The notes beneath the pieces are model-generated. The model saw only the letters and a list, made by a program, of their open reading frames with translations, had not been told where the DNA came from and did not search any database. A DNA stretch of 64,000 nucleotides from Gammaproteobacteria bacterium (GTDB lineage Bacteria; Pseudomonadota; Gammaproteobacteria; Eutrophobiales; Eutrophobiaceae), in assembly GCA_021773215.1 (NCBI GenBank), contig JAJFKM010000074.1, positions 12,386-76,385 on the forward strand, given 5' to 3'. A program made the position numbers and the translations under genes. How positions within the stretch are numbered: position 1 is the first letter of the stretch; each line of letters opens with the position of its first letter. Of this stretch, positions 1 through 9,023 are shown piece by piece.

Positions 1-1
1 T

Positions 2-352
2 GAAGTTGTTAAAGTCGATATGAATACAGGCGAGATTCTGAAAAGAGGAAGCACTGGTGATAGTAAATCAAAACCTAAAGATGTTGTGCTAAGCAAGGAT
101 GAATCTGTCATCTATGTCGCTGGTGGAAGAGCTAATAAAGTTGTCGTCATGGATGCTACAACTCTGGAAATAATTACCGGCATTCCTGTAGGAAAACGCG
201 TTTGGGGACTGGCGATTAGTAAAAATGGCAAACAGGTATTTTCGACTGATGGTGTAAGCGGAACTGTCTCAGTCATTGATACCAGTAATAACGAAGTCAT
301 TAAAACTGTCGAAGTTGGCAAGTTCCCTTGGGGCGTTGTTATCAACGACTAG
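2..352 (+). CDS. YVTN-type beta-propeller repeat protein, C-terminal part (5' end outside window)
   Basis: The frame is open from nt 2 (EVVKVD precedes the listed Met at 20). Repeated blade-like units are present (VIYVAGGRANKVVVMD, QVFSTDGVSGTVSVID, VGKFPWGVVI). 110 aa is too short for a whole propeller. Confidence 0.6.
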   Translation, partial: EVVKVDMNTGEILKRGSTGDSKSKPKDVVLSKDESVIYVAGGRANKVVVMDATTLEIITGIPVGKRVWGLAISKNGKQVFSTDGVSGTVSVIDTSNNEVIKTVEVGKFPWGVVIND

Positions 353-360
353 ACGATTAA

Positions 361-384
361 TGGGGCAGTATTATAGCTGCCCCA
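361..384. terminator. GC-rich hairpin between convergent genes (possible bidirectional terminator)
   Basis: tggggcag (361-368) pairs perfectly with ctgcccca (377-384) around an 8-nt loop. There is no clear U-tract on either strand. Confidence 0.45.
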
Positions 385-388
385 CAAT

Positions 389-1030
389 TCACGCTTGAAT
401 GATGTTATATCTGATTGCAAGCCGTGCGATATCAGCGACGGTCGAAACGTTAAGCTTACTTTTTATTTGAGTACTGTAGTTCGCCACTGTTTTGTAACTT
501 AGATTCAAACGTTTAGCGATTTCACTTGTATTTGAACCTTCTGCCAACATACAAAATATTTCAAATTCACGTGTAGACAGATCAGAAAGCAATGAGTCTT
601 GACCTCTTGATTTTTCATAGGCTAATCTTTGTGCAAGATCTGCATCGATGTAGTTCTCACCTTTTGCAAGTCGTATAATGGCTTCAACAAGTAATTGTGG
701 ATCAGTGCTTTTGGTAATGTAACCACTGGCGCCTGCTTGTAATGCTTGTTCTACAAAGATAACTTCTTCATGCATGCTAAACACAAGTATTGTGGCTTTG
801 TTATCGCGGGAGCAAATACGTTTTATTGCCTCTATGCCTCCTATCCCTGGCAAAGATAAATCCATAACAACAACATCTGGCTTATGAGCGCTATACAGTT
901 GATAAGCTTCCTCTCCGCTGCTTGCTTCTGCTACAACCGTAATCTCAGATGCGTTTTTCAACAACATATTATAGCCAGCGCGGACCACGGCATGATCATC
1001 AACTAACATTACATTTATTGTATTACTCAT
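389..1030 (-). CDS. NarL/LuxR-family response regulator (REC + HTH)
   Basis: The N-terminus VMLVDDH...DVVVMDLSLPG is a receiver domain. The C-terminus LSTREFEIFCMLAEGSNTSEIAKRLNLSYKTVANYSTQIKSKL is a LuxR-type HTH. Confidence 0.9.
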   Translation of the reverse strand: MSNTINVMLVDDHAVVRAGYNMLLKNASEITVVAEASSGEEAYQLYSAHKPDVVVMDLSLPGIGGIEAIKRICSRDNKATILVFSMHEEVIFVEQALQAGASGYITKSTDPQLLVEAIIRLAKGENYIDADLAQRLAYEKSRGQDSLLSDLSTREFEIFCMLAEGSNTSEIAKRLNLSYKTVANYSTQIKSKLNVSTVADIARLAIRYNIIQA

Positions 1031-1040
1031 AAAATATCTC

Positions 1041-2378
1041 TTACGAATTTATTGGAATACTTATATTGATCGTTAGGCCATGATTAGGTTCACTAATAAG
1101 GTCGAATACCCCATGGTTCATTTCAACTCGTTCTTTCATCCCAGGCAATCCTAAACCCGTCATTGGTTTATCTTTGTTTAAACCGACACCATCATCCTCA
1201 ATATTCAGGGTTATATATTCTGAATCAGAAGAAACAACTTTATTCATAGTTATTTGTATTTTGCTAGCGGAGGAATGTTTTAAAGCATTGGTCAAACTCT
1301 CTTGAACAATTCTAAAGAGGCTAATGTTCATCAACTCTGTCAAATCAGGTGGAATATCTGAAAACGAAAAATGACAAAAAATATCATCTTGTCGACTATT
1401 CCAATCATCAATCATCGACTGCAAGGCCTTGACCAGGCCAAATTCATCTAATACAGACGGTCGTAATCGGTGCATCATGTTTTTTGCAACTTGATAGATA
1501 TGATCTGAATATTCGATTATTGTTTTCACACTTGAATTGATACGGTCCTTATCTGGACTCTTATCATTCATCACGGCAGCAGCAACGGCTTTTATTGCCG
1601 CAATAGTCTGGCCCAGTTCATCGTGAAGTTCCTGTGCGAGATGTCGACGTTCTTCTTCTTGAATTTCAAGTGAACGTTGCGTTAATAACTGGTTTTTTGC
1701 CTTGCTCTCCAGCAAAACCCTGGCCATATGATTAAATTGTTGGGAAATTCGGTCGAGTTCAGGCAAACGAAAATGTGGTAATTCTAATTGATAATTTCCT
1801 TTCTCAATATCTGATAAACCAGACAATATGGTGTCTATCGGCGCCAAATATTTTCCAATGGCTAGATATAACAAAATATTAGCCAGAATAATAAATGTTA
1901 ATAAAAATATTAATATACTCCGAACTTCAGTCCAGTTTTCATCAATTTCATCAGCTGGATCAGCGCGAATAATGATGCCTTTCGGCGGTTCAACTGGATT
2001 GTATAACCAATGTCGAATTTCTGTTGGTGGTGGTTCTACAAGTTTTACAAACCAGTTTGGTGCTTTTATGTCCTTCAAAGCAGAAAATTCTTCTACCGGT
2101 GTCAGGACATCATTTGAATTTTGGATATCAATATGAAGATGGCGCGTAAGATCCAGCTCTGAGAGCTTGCGTAATACTTGTATTTGCTTTTGTTCGTCCG
2201 ACTCTGATGATGTTGAAGTAAATGCAATCTCGATCAATTGCAGAGCAAGATTTGCAGTTGATTCAACTTCATGCTGAACGGCATTACGTGCATTTGCAAT
2301 AATATAAAAACTACTACAAATAAACAGACTGACAAATAACAAAGTTATCAGTAAATTAAGCCTGATTCTAAGGCTCAT
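1041..2378 (-). CDS. Membrane sensor histidine kinase, NarX/LiaS type (HAMP + HisKA_3 + HATPase)
   Basis: Two hydrophobic segments are present, with H-box HLAQELHDELGQT and ATPase motifs DDGVGL / GLGLPGMKER. It lies 10 nt upstream of the response regulator. Confidence 0.85.
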   Translation of the reverse strand: MSLRIRLNLLITLLFVSLFICSSFYIIANARNAVQHEVESTANLALQLIEIAFTSTSSESDEQKQIQVLRKLSELDLTRHLHIDIQNSNDVLTPVEEFSALKDIKAPNWFVKLVEPPPTEIRHWLYNPVEPPKGIIIRADPADEIDENWTEVRSILIFLLTFIILANILLYLAIGKYLAPIDTILSGLSDIEKGNYQLELPHFRLPELDRISQQFNHMARVLLESKAKNQLLTQRSLEIQEEERRHLAQELHDELGQTIAAIKAVAAAVMNDKSPDKDRINSSVKTIIEYSDHIYQVAKNMMHRLRPSVLDEFGLVKALQSMIDDWNSRQDDIFCHFSFSDIPPDLTELMNISLFRIVQESLTNALKHSSASKIQITMNKVVSSDSEYITLNIEDDGVGLNKDKPMTGLGLPGMKERVEMNHGVFDLISEPNHGLTINISIPINS

Positions 2379-2556
2379 AAATAATATAATCCCCTTCGAT
2401 TAAAGATTTTAGAGATAAAGCCGATCTAACTGATAGTAAACTATATTCTAATTTGAACTAACTATATTAAAAGTTATATTCTTAGGGTAAATTGTGAATT
2501 TACAATACAGCTAATAAATATTCAGTAACTATTTAATGAATTAGGAAAAACTCCTG

Positions 2557-3330
2557 ATGGACAAGCACATCAAATTTTTTGTTTTACCCTCAATCTTAGG
2601 TCTTGCGATTTTAAATACTTCTGTTGCAGAGACCACAACTCTGGATTCAGCAGTAGAAACTAAGCTGCAGTCCCAAAAAGATGTCGTAAAATCACAGAAC
2701 AAAGTGGACACGCTGGTCACTGAGACCAAAGACTTGGTTCAGGAATACCGTGATGCAATACGTAAGACTGATAGCCTAGGCACCTATAATGGCCAATTAT
2801 CAAAATTAATTAAGCAACAAAAAGTATCCTTGAATGCTATTAAGCGTCAACTTGACAATGTTGAAGAGACTCAACGAAACATTGTGCCTTTGATGATAAA
2901 GATGATTGATACATTAGGAAAATTTGTAGAACTTGATCTTCCCTTTTTAACTCAAGAACGCCAACAGCGTGTTGCAGATTTAAAAAGCATTATGGATCGT
3001 CCTGATGTAACCCTACCTGATAAATACCGTCGTATTATGGAAGCTTATCAAATAGAAATGGAATATGGCCGAACTATAGAAGCCTATTCTGACACGGTAG
3101 AAATAGATAGTCAGAAATACACCGTTGATGTTTTACGCGTTGGACGCCTGTTGATTAGCTTCCAAACACTGGATGGAAAGATGAGTGGCGTATGGAACAA
3201 GGAATCTAAGTCTTGGGAAAAACTTTCCTCTGAATATGACCGTTCTATTAAGCAAGGTATACAAATTGCAAAAAAGCAGGCACCACCTGAATTGATTAAA
3301 CTGCCTATCAATATGGCTGGAAAAGAATAA
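2557..3330 (+). CDS. DUF3450-type periplasmic coiled-coil protein of a TonB2 cluster (TtpB-like)
   Basis: It has a signal peptide and a coiled-coil-rich 257 aa. It is the first gene of the cluster, and its stop overlaps the next ATG (TAATG). Confidence 0.7.
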   Translation: MDKHIKFFVLPSILGLAILNTSVAETTTLDSAVETKLQSQKDVVKSQNKVDTLVTETKDLVQEYRDAIRKTDSLGTYNGQLSKLIKQQKVSLNAIKRQLDNVEETQRNIVPLMIKMIDTLGKFVELDLPFLTQERQQRVADLKSIMDRPDVTLPDKYRRIMEAYQIEMEYGRTIEAYSDTVEIDSQKYTVDVLRVGRLLISFQTLDGKMSGVWNKESKSWEKLSSEYDRSIKQGIQIAKKQAPPELIKLPINMAGKE

Positions 3331-4676
3331 TGAACAGATTAATATTTTTAAGCTTGCTCATCTTCCTGTCACCAGTTTCTGCTGATGAACCTAATGATTT
3401 ACAGTCACTGTTAGAACAAGTGAAAAAAGAACGTTCTCAAGAAAAAGAAGTTCTTTCGAAACGAGAGTCAAAATTTAAAAGCGCTCATAGCAAGCAAAAA
3501 GGGTTGTTAAGTAATGCGCTAAAAAAATTAGAGAATGAAGAAGCTCGCAGCACATCATTAAGAAAAAATTATGATACTTATGACCTTGAGATTACTAGAC
3601 AGAATGCAGTCTTAAAGGAAAAGATGGGAGCTCTCGGTGAACTTGATGGCATCGTCAAGCAAATAGCGGGAGATCTAGACGTCATAATTGATACCTCTCT
3701 CGTCTCAGCACAAAAACCCAATCGTGATGAAATACTTGATGTCTTAGCTAACCGTAAAGAATTACCTTCCCTAGAAGAATTGGAAGAGCTTTGGATTTTG
3801 GCTATGGATGAAATGGTCGAGTCAGGGAAAATTGTGACCTTCCCGGGAAAGATTGTCACCGCAGCCGGCAATGAGATTGAACAAAATGTAACACGCATTG
3901 GTGTTTTTAATGCTGTATCTGCGGGTCGTTTTTTAAGAAACTTACCTGAGACGGGTAAATTAATTGAACCTGGCAGACAACCTGGTCAACGTTTTTTAGA
4001 TATGGCACAAAATGTTGAAACTGCCAGTACCGGGATGCATGCATTTCCCATAGATCCAACACGCGGAGCGATGTTAGCCCTTTTGGTCCAAGTACCTGAT
4101 CTTAAAAATCGAATTGAACAAGGTGGTCTTGTTGGTTACGTTATTATATTCATCGGCCTGATTGGTGTTTTAATATCTTTAGAACGTTTAATACTATTAG
4201 TGACCACTAGTCGTAAAGTCAAAAAACAACTCAAGAGTAAAAAACCTGGCGACAACCCCTTAGGCCGTATTATGCAAGTCTATGAAAAGAACCCTGACAT
4301 TGATACTGAAACACTGGGACTGAAACTAGACGAAGCTATATTAAAAGAAATGCCTAGAATTCAACGTGGATTGGGAGCTCTTGCTTTACTTGCCGCTGTA
4401 TCCCCCCTACTTGGGTTACTTGGAACAGTAACGGGTATTATTGAAACATTTCAATCTATAACACTTTATGGAACTGGCGATCCACGTGTCATGTCTGGCG
4501 GTATTTCACAAGCCTTAGTCACAACAGTCATGGGGCTATTGGTTGCTATTCCCTTGTTGTTATCGCACAGTTTTCTTTCTTCTAAAAGTAATGCATTAAT
4601 TCAAATACTGGATGAGAAGAGTACAGCATTTGTTGCGTTACTCGCTGAGATAAACCGTATCAAGAATAATGTTTGA
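3330..4676 (+). CDS. Large MotA/TolQ/ExbB proton-channel protein (TtpC-like)
   Basis: 448 aa with a signal peptide and long coiled-coil N-terminal half. The C-terminal half carries the ExbB signature LLGLLGTVTGIIETF and three TM segments. Confidence 0.85.
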   Translation: MNRLIFLSLLIFLSPVSADEPNDLQSLLEQVKKERSQEKEVLSKRESKFKSAHSKQKGLLSNALKKLENEEARSTSLRKNYDTYDLEITRQNAVLKEKMGALGELDGIVKQIAGDLDVIIDTSLVSAQKPNRDEILDVLANRKELPSLEELEELWILAMDEMVESGKIVTFPGKIVTAAGNEIEQNVTRIGVFNAVSAGRFLRNLPETGKLIEPGRQPGQRFLDMAQNVETASTGMHAFPIDPTRGAMLALLVQVPDLKNRIEQGGLVGYVIIFIGLIGVLISLERLILLVTTSRKVKKQLKSKKPGDNPLGRIMQVYEKNPDIDTETLGLKLDEAILKEMPRIQRGLGALALLAAVSPLLGLLGTVTGIIETFQSITLYGTGDPRVMSGGISQALVTTVMGLLVAIPLLLSHSFLSSKSNALIQILDEKSTAFVALLAEINRIKNNV

Positions 4677-5184
4677 TCAAATAGACATCATGAGAGACTT
4701 CTTTGCTAAGGGCGGACCCGTCTTTACTGGCGTTTTTGTTTTATCAATATTTCTTTGGGCATTAATCATTGAGCGATATTATTTTATATATAAAGTTTAT
4801 CCAGTACGACTGGAAGCGATTGTTCAACAATGGCAAAAACGTCGTGAAAGGTCCTCATGGTTTGCGCTTAAAATCAGAGATGGTTTATTAAGCGAAATTT
4901 CAATCGAATTAAAACATAATCTGATCCCCATTCAGGCTTTGACGGGAATATTACCGTTACTTGGATTACTTGGTACTGTCACCGGAATGATTGCTATATT
5001 TGAGGTCTTAAACGTCTTTGGCAATGGCAACGCTCGCGGTATGGCAGAAGGCATATCCAGAGCACTATTACCAACAACAGCAGGCTTGGTGACTTCTATC
5101 ATTGGCATATACTTTAGCGCTGATCTCTATAAGCGGGCTAAAACGAAAGAGCTAATGGCTAAAGAACTACTAACACACAACTAA
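4669..5184 (+). CDS. exbB: ExbB/TolQ-family proton channel
   Basis: 171 aa with motif LPLLGLLGTVTGMIAIF and an 8-nt overlap with the upstream gene. Confidence 0.85.
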   Translation: MFDQIDIMRDFFAKGGPVFTGVFVLSIFLWALIIERYYFIYKVYPVRLEAIVQQWQKRRERSSWFALKIRDGLLSEISIELKHNLIPIQALTGILPLLGLLGTVTGMIAIFEVLNVFGNGNARGMAEGISRALLPTTAGLVTSIIGIYFSADLYKRAKTKELMAKELLTHN

Positions 5185-5186
5185 TT

Positions 5187-5591
5187 ATGAGACATACACA
5201 CACCAAGCATGAATCAGTTGCCGAAAGCGTTAATCTAACACCGCTTATCGACATGGTTTTTATCTTGTTGATATTTTTTCTTGTGACTGCATCTTTCACT
5301 AAAGAATCAGGAATTGATGTTGACCGTCCAACTGCACAGACAGCGGTCAGAGAAGAACAAGGCAGCATGATCATTGGCGTCAGTAAGGACGGTGAAATTT
5401 GGATCGACAGTCAAAAAGTTGATATGCGTGCTGTTCGTGCACATGTAGAACACTTGCACGCTCAAAATCCAGAAGGAACGGTCATCATCCTTGCTGATCA
5501 AAATGCGCGCACAGGAACGACGGTTGAGGTGCTTGATCAAGTTCGTTTGGCGGGTGTGACCAATGTGTCAATCGCAGCATCGAATGAATAA
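5187..5591 (+). CDS. exbD: ExbD/TolR biopolymer transport protein
   Basis: 134 aa. NLTPLIDMVFILLIFFLV carries the conserved TM Asp. The periplasmic domain is ExbD-like. Confidence 0.9.
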   Translation: MRHTHTKHESVAESVNLTPLIDMVFILLIFFLVTASFTKESGIDVDRPTAQTAVREEQGSMIIGVSKDGEIWIDSQKVDMRAVRAHVEHLHAQNPEGTVIILADQNARTGTTVEVLDQVRLAGVTNVSIAASNE

Positions 5592-5615
5592 TTAATTTTT
5601 CCCATTGTGTGAATC

Positions 5616-6308
5616 ATGCAATTTCCAAAACTGAATATTCTGGATACCGCGAAGATCCCGTCGGTAATTATTATTGCAATAGTTTTAAACATTGCAATTT
5701 TTATATTGATTCAGCAGTTGGTAAGCAACGAACACGCACTAGACTTAAACTTGTCTGATGTCAGCCTAGTAGAATTTATAAGACTGGAAAAACAACCAGA
5801 ACCACCCAAACCAAAAAAAGAAATTGATGAGATTGAGCCACCTCCTCTGGAAGAAGAGCCTCCTCCTCCAGAAATGGTTGAACCGCAAATAGAAAAACCT
5901 CAAACTATGCAAGCGGAACTATCTCCACCTAACATAAACATGCCTTTATCGCTATCAGGCACACCATACCTTGGTGACTTTGCGAAAAGCACAATAAAGG
6001 CCAAGCCCCGCAGTAAGCCATCAAGGCCTAAAATTGATACTAATGTAGTACCCACACTAAGAATCCCTCCTATCTATCCCCTACGCGCTTTGCGCAGTGG
6101 TATTCAAGGTGTTGTTACTGTCGAATTTACAATAGCAATTGATGGTTCAGTTAAAAATGCTGTCGTTGTAAAAGCTAAACCTCCTAAAATATTTGACAGT
6201 GCGGTTTTAAAAGCAATATCTAAATGGAAATACAACCCGGATATTATTGATGGAAAGCCAGTGGAAAAACGTGCGCGTCAAGACGTAAAATTTAAATTAA
6301 AACGATGA
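5616..6308 (+). CDS. tonB: TonB energy transducer
   Basis: It has an N-terminal TM, a Pro/Glu/Lys-rich spacer (EPPKPKKE...EPPPPE) and a TonB C-terminal domain (PIYPLRALRSGIQGVVTVEFTI...G). Confidence 0.9.
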   Translation: MQFPKLNILDTAKIPSVIIIAIVLNIAIFILIQQLVSNEHALDLNLSDVSLVEFIRLEKQPEPPKPKKEIDEIEPPPLEEEPPPPEMVEPQIEKPQTMQAELSPPNINMPLSLSGTPYLGDFAKSTIKAKPRSKPSRPKIDTNVVPTLRIPPIYPLRALRSGIQGVVTVEFTIAIDGSVKNAVVVKAKPPKIFDSAVLKAISKWKYNPDIIDGKPVEKRARQDVKFKLKR

Positions 6309-7543
6309 ACATATTTGCACAAAGACCAACATCAAAAAGCATTTTATTTATAATACTTGTGCTTTGCTGCAGTTCTCTCTTTGCTGAAGAAAAGAAGAAG
6401 ACTTATCAATTAGAGCCTAATGTGCATGCTGAACTAATTGGTATTCATCAACAAATTGATGAAGGACAAAATGGCGAAGCCCTAAAAAGGCTAAAGAAAT
6501 TAATCTCATCAAACAATCTTAAAGCTTATGATGCCGCCGTTGCTTATCAAACCATGGGCTTTGCTAAAAGCAATATGGGTGAGTTCAGTGATGCGGCAAA
6601 ACATTTCATCAAAGCATTATCTCTTGATGCTTTACCAGCAGATGTTACGCATGGCTTAAACTACTCTACCGCGCAGCTATTAATTCATATAGACAAAACA
6701 AAAGAGGGTTTAAAATACTTGTCAAAGTGGTTTGCTAAAGAACCTAAAGCGACGGGAGACGCACATATATTAGCTGCAACAGCTTATTATTATCTCAAAG
6801 ACTACAAACAACTTATCATCCATGTAGAAAAGGCGTTAGCTCTATCCGACAAGCCACCACTCAGCTGGTATGAACTGCTATTAGCTGGTTATTATGAGAT
6901 AAAAGAATATAAAAAGTCTGCCACACTACTTGAAACAATCATCAATAAGCACCCCAAAAAAACCAATTATTGGCTGCAACTAGCAGAGATTTACCAACGA
7001 CTGGAACAAAATAAAAAAGCCTTAGCTATTTATGAACTAGCCTATGCGAAAGGGTTGCTTAAAAAAGATGACATCAACCGTTTGATTAGTAACTATCTAT
7101 ATTTAGAAATGCCTTACAAGGCAGCTGTCATCCTTGAAAAGGAAATGGCTATTGGAGAGATTAACCCTGATATTAGAATGTTAACTCTACTCGCAGACAG
7201 TTGGCTACTTGCTCATGAAAATCAAAAAGCTGAACCTATATTTAAAGAAATCATTAAAAAATACAATGATGACCATACTCGGCTTCGATTAGGTCAACTT
7301 TATATTGAAGCTGAAGAATGGAAAAAGGTAGTTGAAGTGCTTGATGTTGAATTCAAGTCTGAAGGTAAGGTTTTATTGTCCAAAATTAACCTTCTCTTAG
7401 GTATTGCACAATATCATTCTAAAAATATGGACAAAGCAACACGGGCGTTTACACATGCATTATCTGACAAATCGACAGCAGAACAAGCTAGTTGGTGGTT
7501 GGATCATTTAAAGAATGAAACAACAAAAACACAAGACAGCTAA
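6305..7543 (+). CDS. TPR-repeat protein closing the TonB2 cluster (TtpD-like)
   Basis: It has a signal peptide and repeated TPR-like A/Y/L helices. ATGA overlap with tonB. Confidence 0.7.
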   Translation: MNIFAQRPTSKSILFIILVLCCSSLFAEEKKKTYQLEPNVHAELIGIHQQIDEGQNGEALKRLKKLISSNNLKAYDAAVAYQTMGFAKSNMGEFSDAAKHFIKALSLDALPADVTHGLNYSTAQLLIHIDKTKEGLKYLSKWFAKEPKATGDAHILAATAYYYLKDYKQLIIHVEKALALSDKPPLSWYELLLAGYYEIKEYKKSATLLETIINKHPKKTNYWLQLAEIYQRLEQNKKALAIYELAYAKGLLKKDDINRLISNYLYLEMPYKAAVILEKEMAIGEINPDIRMLTLLADSWLLAHENQKAEPIFKEIIKKYNDDHTRLRLGQLYIEAEEWKKVVEVLDVEFKSEGKVLLSKINLLLGIAQYHSKNMDKATRAFTHALSDKSTAEQASWWLDHLKNETTKTQDS

Positions 7544-7552
7544 GAAAGCACT

Positions 7553-8803
7553 TTATTGAAACGCTTCCAATACCTTAATTAATTCATTCGCAGTTTGTAT
7601 TCGATTATCCGGTTTCTTTGCTAGTAGAGAATCAACAGTATCCTGATATTGTTTCAACTTGCTTGGTAACTTTGGAATGGGTGCATGAATGTGCTGGTAG
7701 ATTAGCGAAGCAGCGGTTGCTGCGGTAAAAGGCTTATCTCCTGTAAGCAATTCATATAATATCACGCCTACACTATACATATCTGAGCGTGTATCAACGT
7801 CATTGCCCTCACCTTGTTCAGGACTCATATAATGGGGGGTGCCTAATATCTGCCCCACGGTCGTAATATCACTCACCTCATCTATTTTTTTTGAAATACC
7901 AAAATCTGCCAGCGCAAGACTGTCATCTCCACGAAACATAATATTGGCAGGCTTAAGATCTCTATGCACAACATTGATCGCATGAATTTGTGCAAGTCCA
8001 TAAGCAATATGAGTGGCATAGATAACAGCTATCTCATGATTTAAACCCAATTCGGCACGTTGTTTTAAATCACCGCGAGAAAAGAATTCCATTGCGATAT
8101 AGCCGTAATCTTCAGTTATTCCATGCTCAAAAATCTTAACGACGAATGGTGAGTTTAAACTGGCTATTAAATTTGCTTCCTGAATAAAGCGCGTCACTAG
8201 TTTAGGTTCATGTACTCGCGTCAAATCTAGTACTTTTAAAACAACCGTCATTTTGTCTGTTACACGTTCTGCCAAATAAACTTTTGACATTGCACCTTCA
8301 CCAATCATACGAACAAATTTATAACCAATATCTAAGCTGGTATCTGGTACTGCATCTTTCTTATGTACCTTCCTGATAAGCTGAGTGGCATCATTTATTT
8401 CATTTTCTTGATCTGTGTTTGAACGTTTTGAGAACTCAGTGGCTTCATCAACCATCTCTGCAATACGTTTCGGTTTGATATCAACCTTATTGATGTAATC
8501 AGCTGCACCTAATTTAATTGATTTAACAGCGATATATTCATCACCTTCAGCAGTAAGCACAATCGTCGGTGGAAATCCGGGCTTATCTCTGAACTCTTTA
8601 AGCCACTGTAAGCCATCTTCATCGGGACCTAACTTGTAGTCCAAAAATAATATGTCGTATTGGAACCACTGGAAATTATCAGGTGGCTTGCCGAGATTAT
8701 CAAAATCATATTCGATGACTTCTACATCTTTCAGTTCTTTATTCAGGTATAGCTTGAGTAATGCCCTGAAATCGCTGGAATCATCGATTATTAAAATTTT
8801 CAT
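7553..8803 (-). CDS. Receiver domain fused to Hanks-type Ser/Thr protein kinase
   Basis: REC residues are intact: DD (ILIIDDS), acceptor Asp in LFLDYKL, T in VLTAEG, K in YINK. Kinase motifs are intact: GEGAMSKV, VVLKVL, HRDLKPANIM, DFGISK, GTPHYMSPEQ. Confidence 0.9.
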   Translation of the reverse strand: MKILIIDDSSDFRALLKLYLNKELKDVEVIEYDFDNLGKPPDNFQWFQYDILFLDYKLGPDEDGLQWLKEFRDKPGFPPTIVLTAEGDEYIAVKSIKLGAADYINKVDIKPKRIAEMVDEATEFSKRSNTDQENEINDATQLIRKVHKKDAVPDTSLDIGYKFVRMIGEGAMSKVYLAERVTDKMTVVLKVLDLTRVHEPKLVTRFIQEANLIASLNSPFVVKIFEHGITEDYGYIAMEFFSRGDLKQRAELGLNHEIAVIYATHIAYGLAQIHAINVVHRDLKPANIMFRGDDSLALADFGISKKIDEVSDITTVGQILGTPHYMSPEQGEGNDVDTRSDMYSVGVILYELLTGDKPFTAATAASLIYQHIHAPIPKLPSKLKQYQDTVDSLLAKKPDNRIQTANELIKVLEAFQ

Positions 8804-9023
8804 ATGAATATTTGTTGTTTGAATAGCATGTGTCAGTTACGACAAAAAAATATTTTATTTAAAAAATGTTTTTAATTCAATTAATTATCACATATAAGTC
8901 ATCTTATTTCTTAATAAAGATACTTAGAAAATCCTATTTATAAAACAACAATTGATAATTCCTTGTAGTAGAACAAACAGCTCGTATCTGAATATTAGCG
9001 TCATGTTTCGATAATTCTTTGAT

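Noticed and set aside
2379-2556. A search for a Fur box upstream of the TonB2 operon. Candidates included ctgatagtaaactatattc and the aaattgtgaatttacaat region.
   Set aside because: The best candidates match the GATAATGATAATCATTATC consensus poorly when aligned by eye. In 75% AT DNA such partial matches are expected by chance, so a PWM scan is needed.
5780-5960. Repetitive cca/gaa/aaa-rich DNA in tonB.
   Set aside because: It simply encodes the Pro/Glu/Lys-rich rigid spacer typical of TonB. It is not an independent DNA repeat element.
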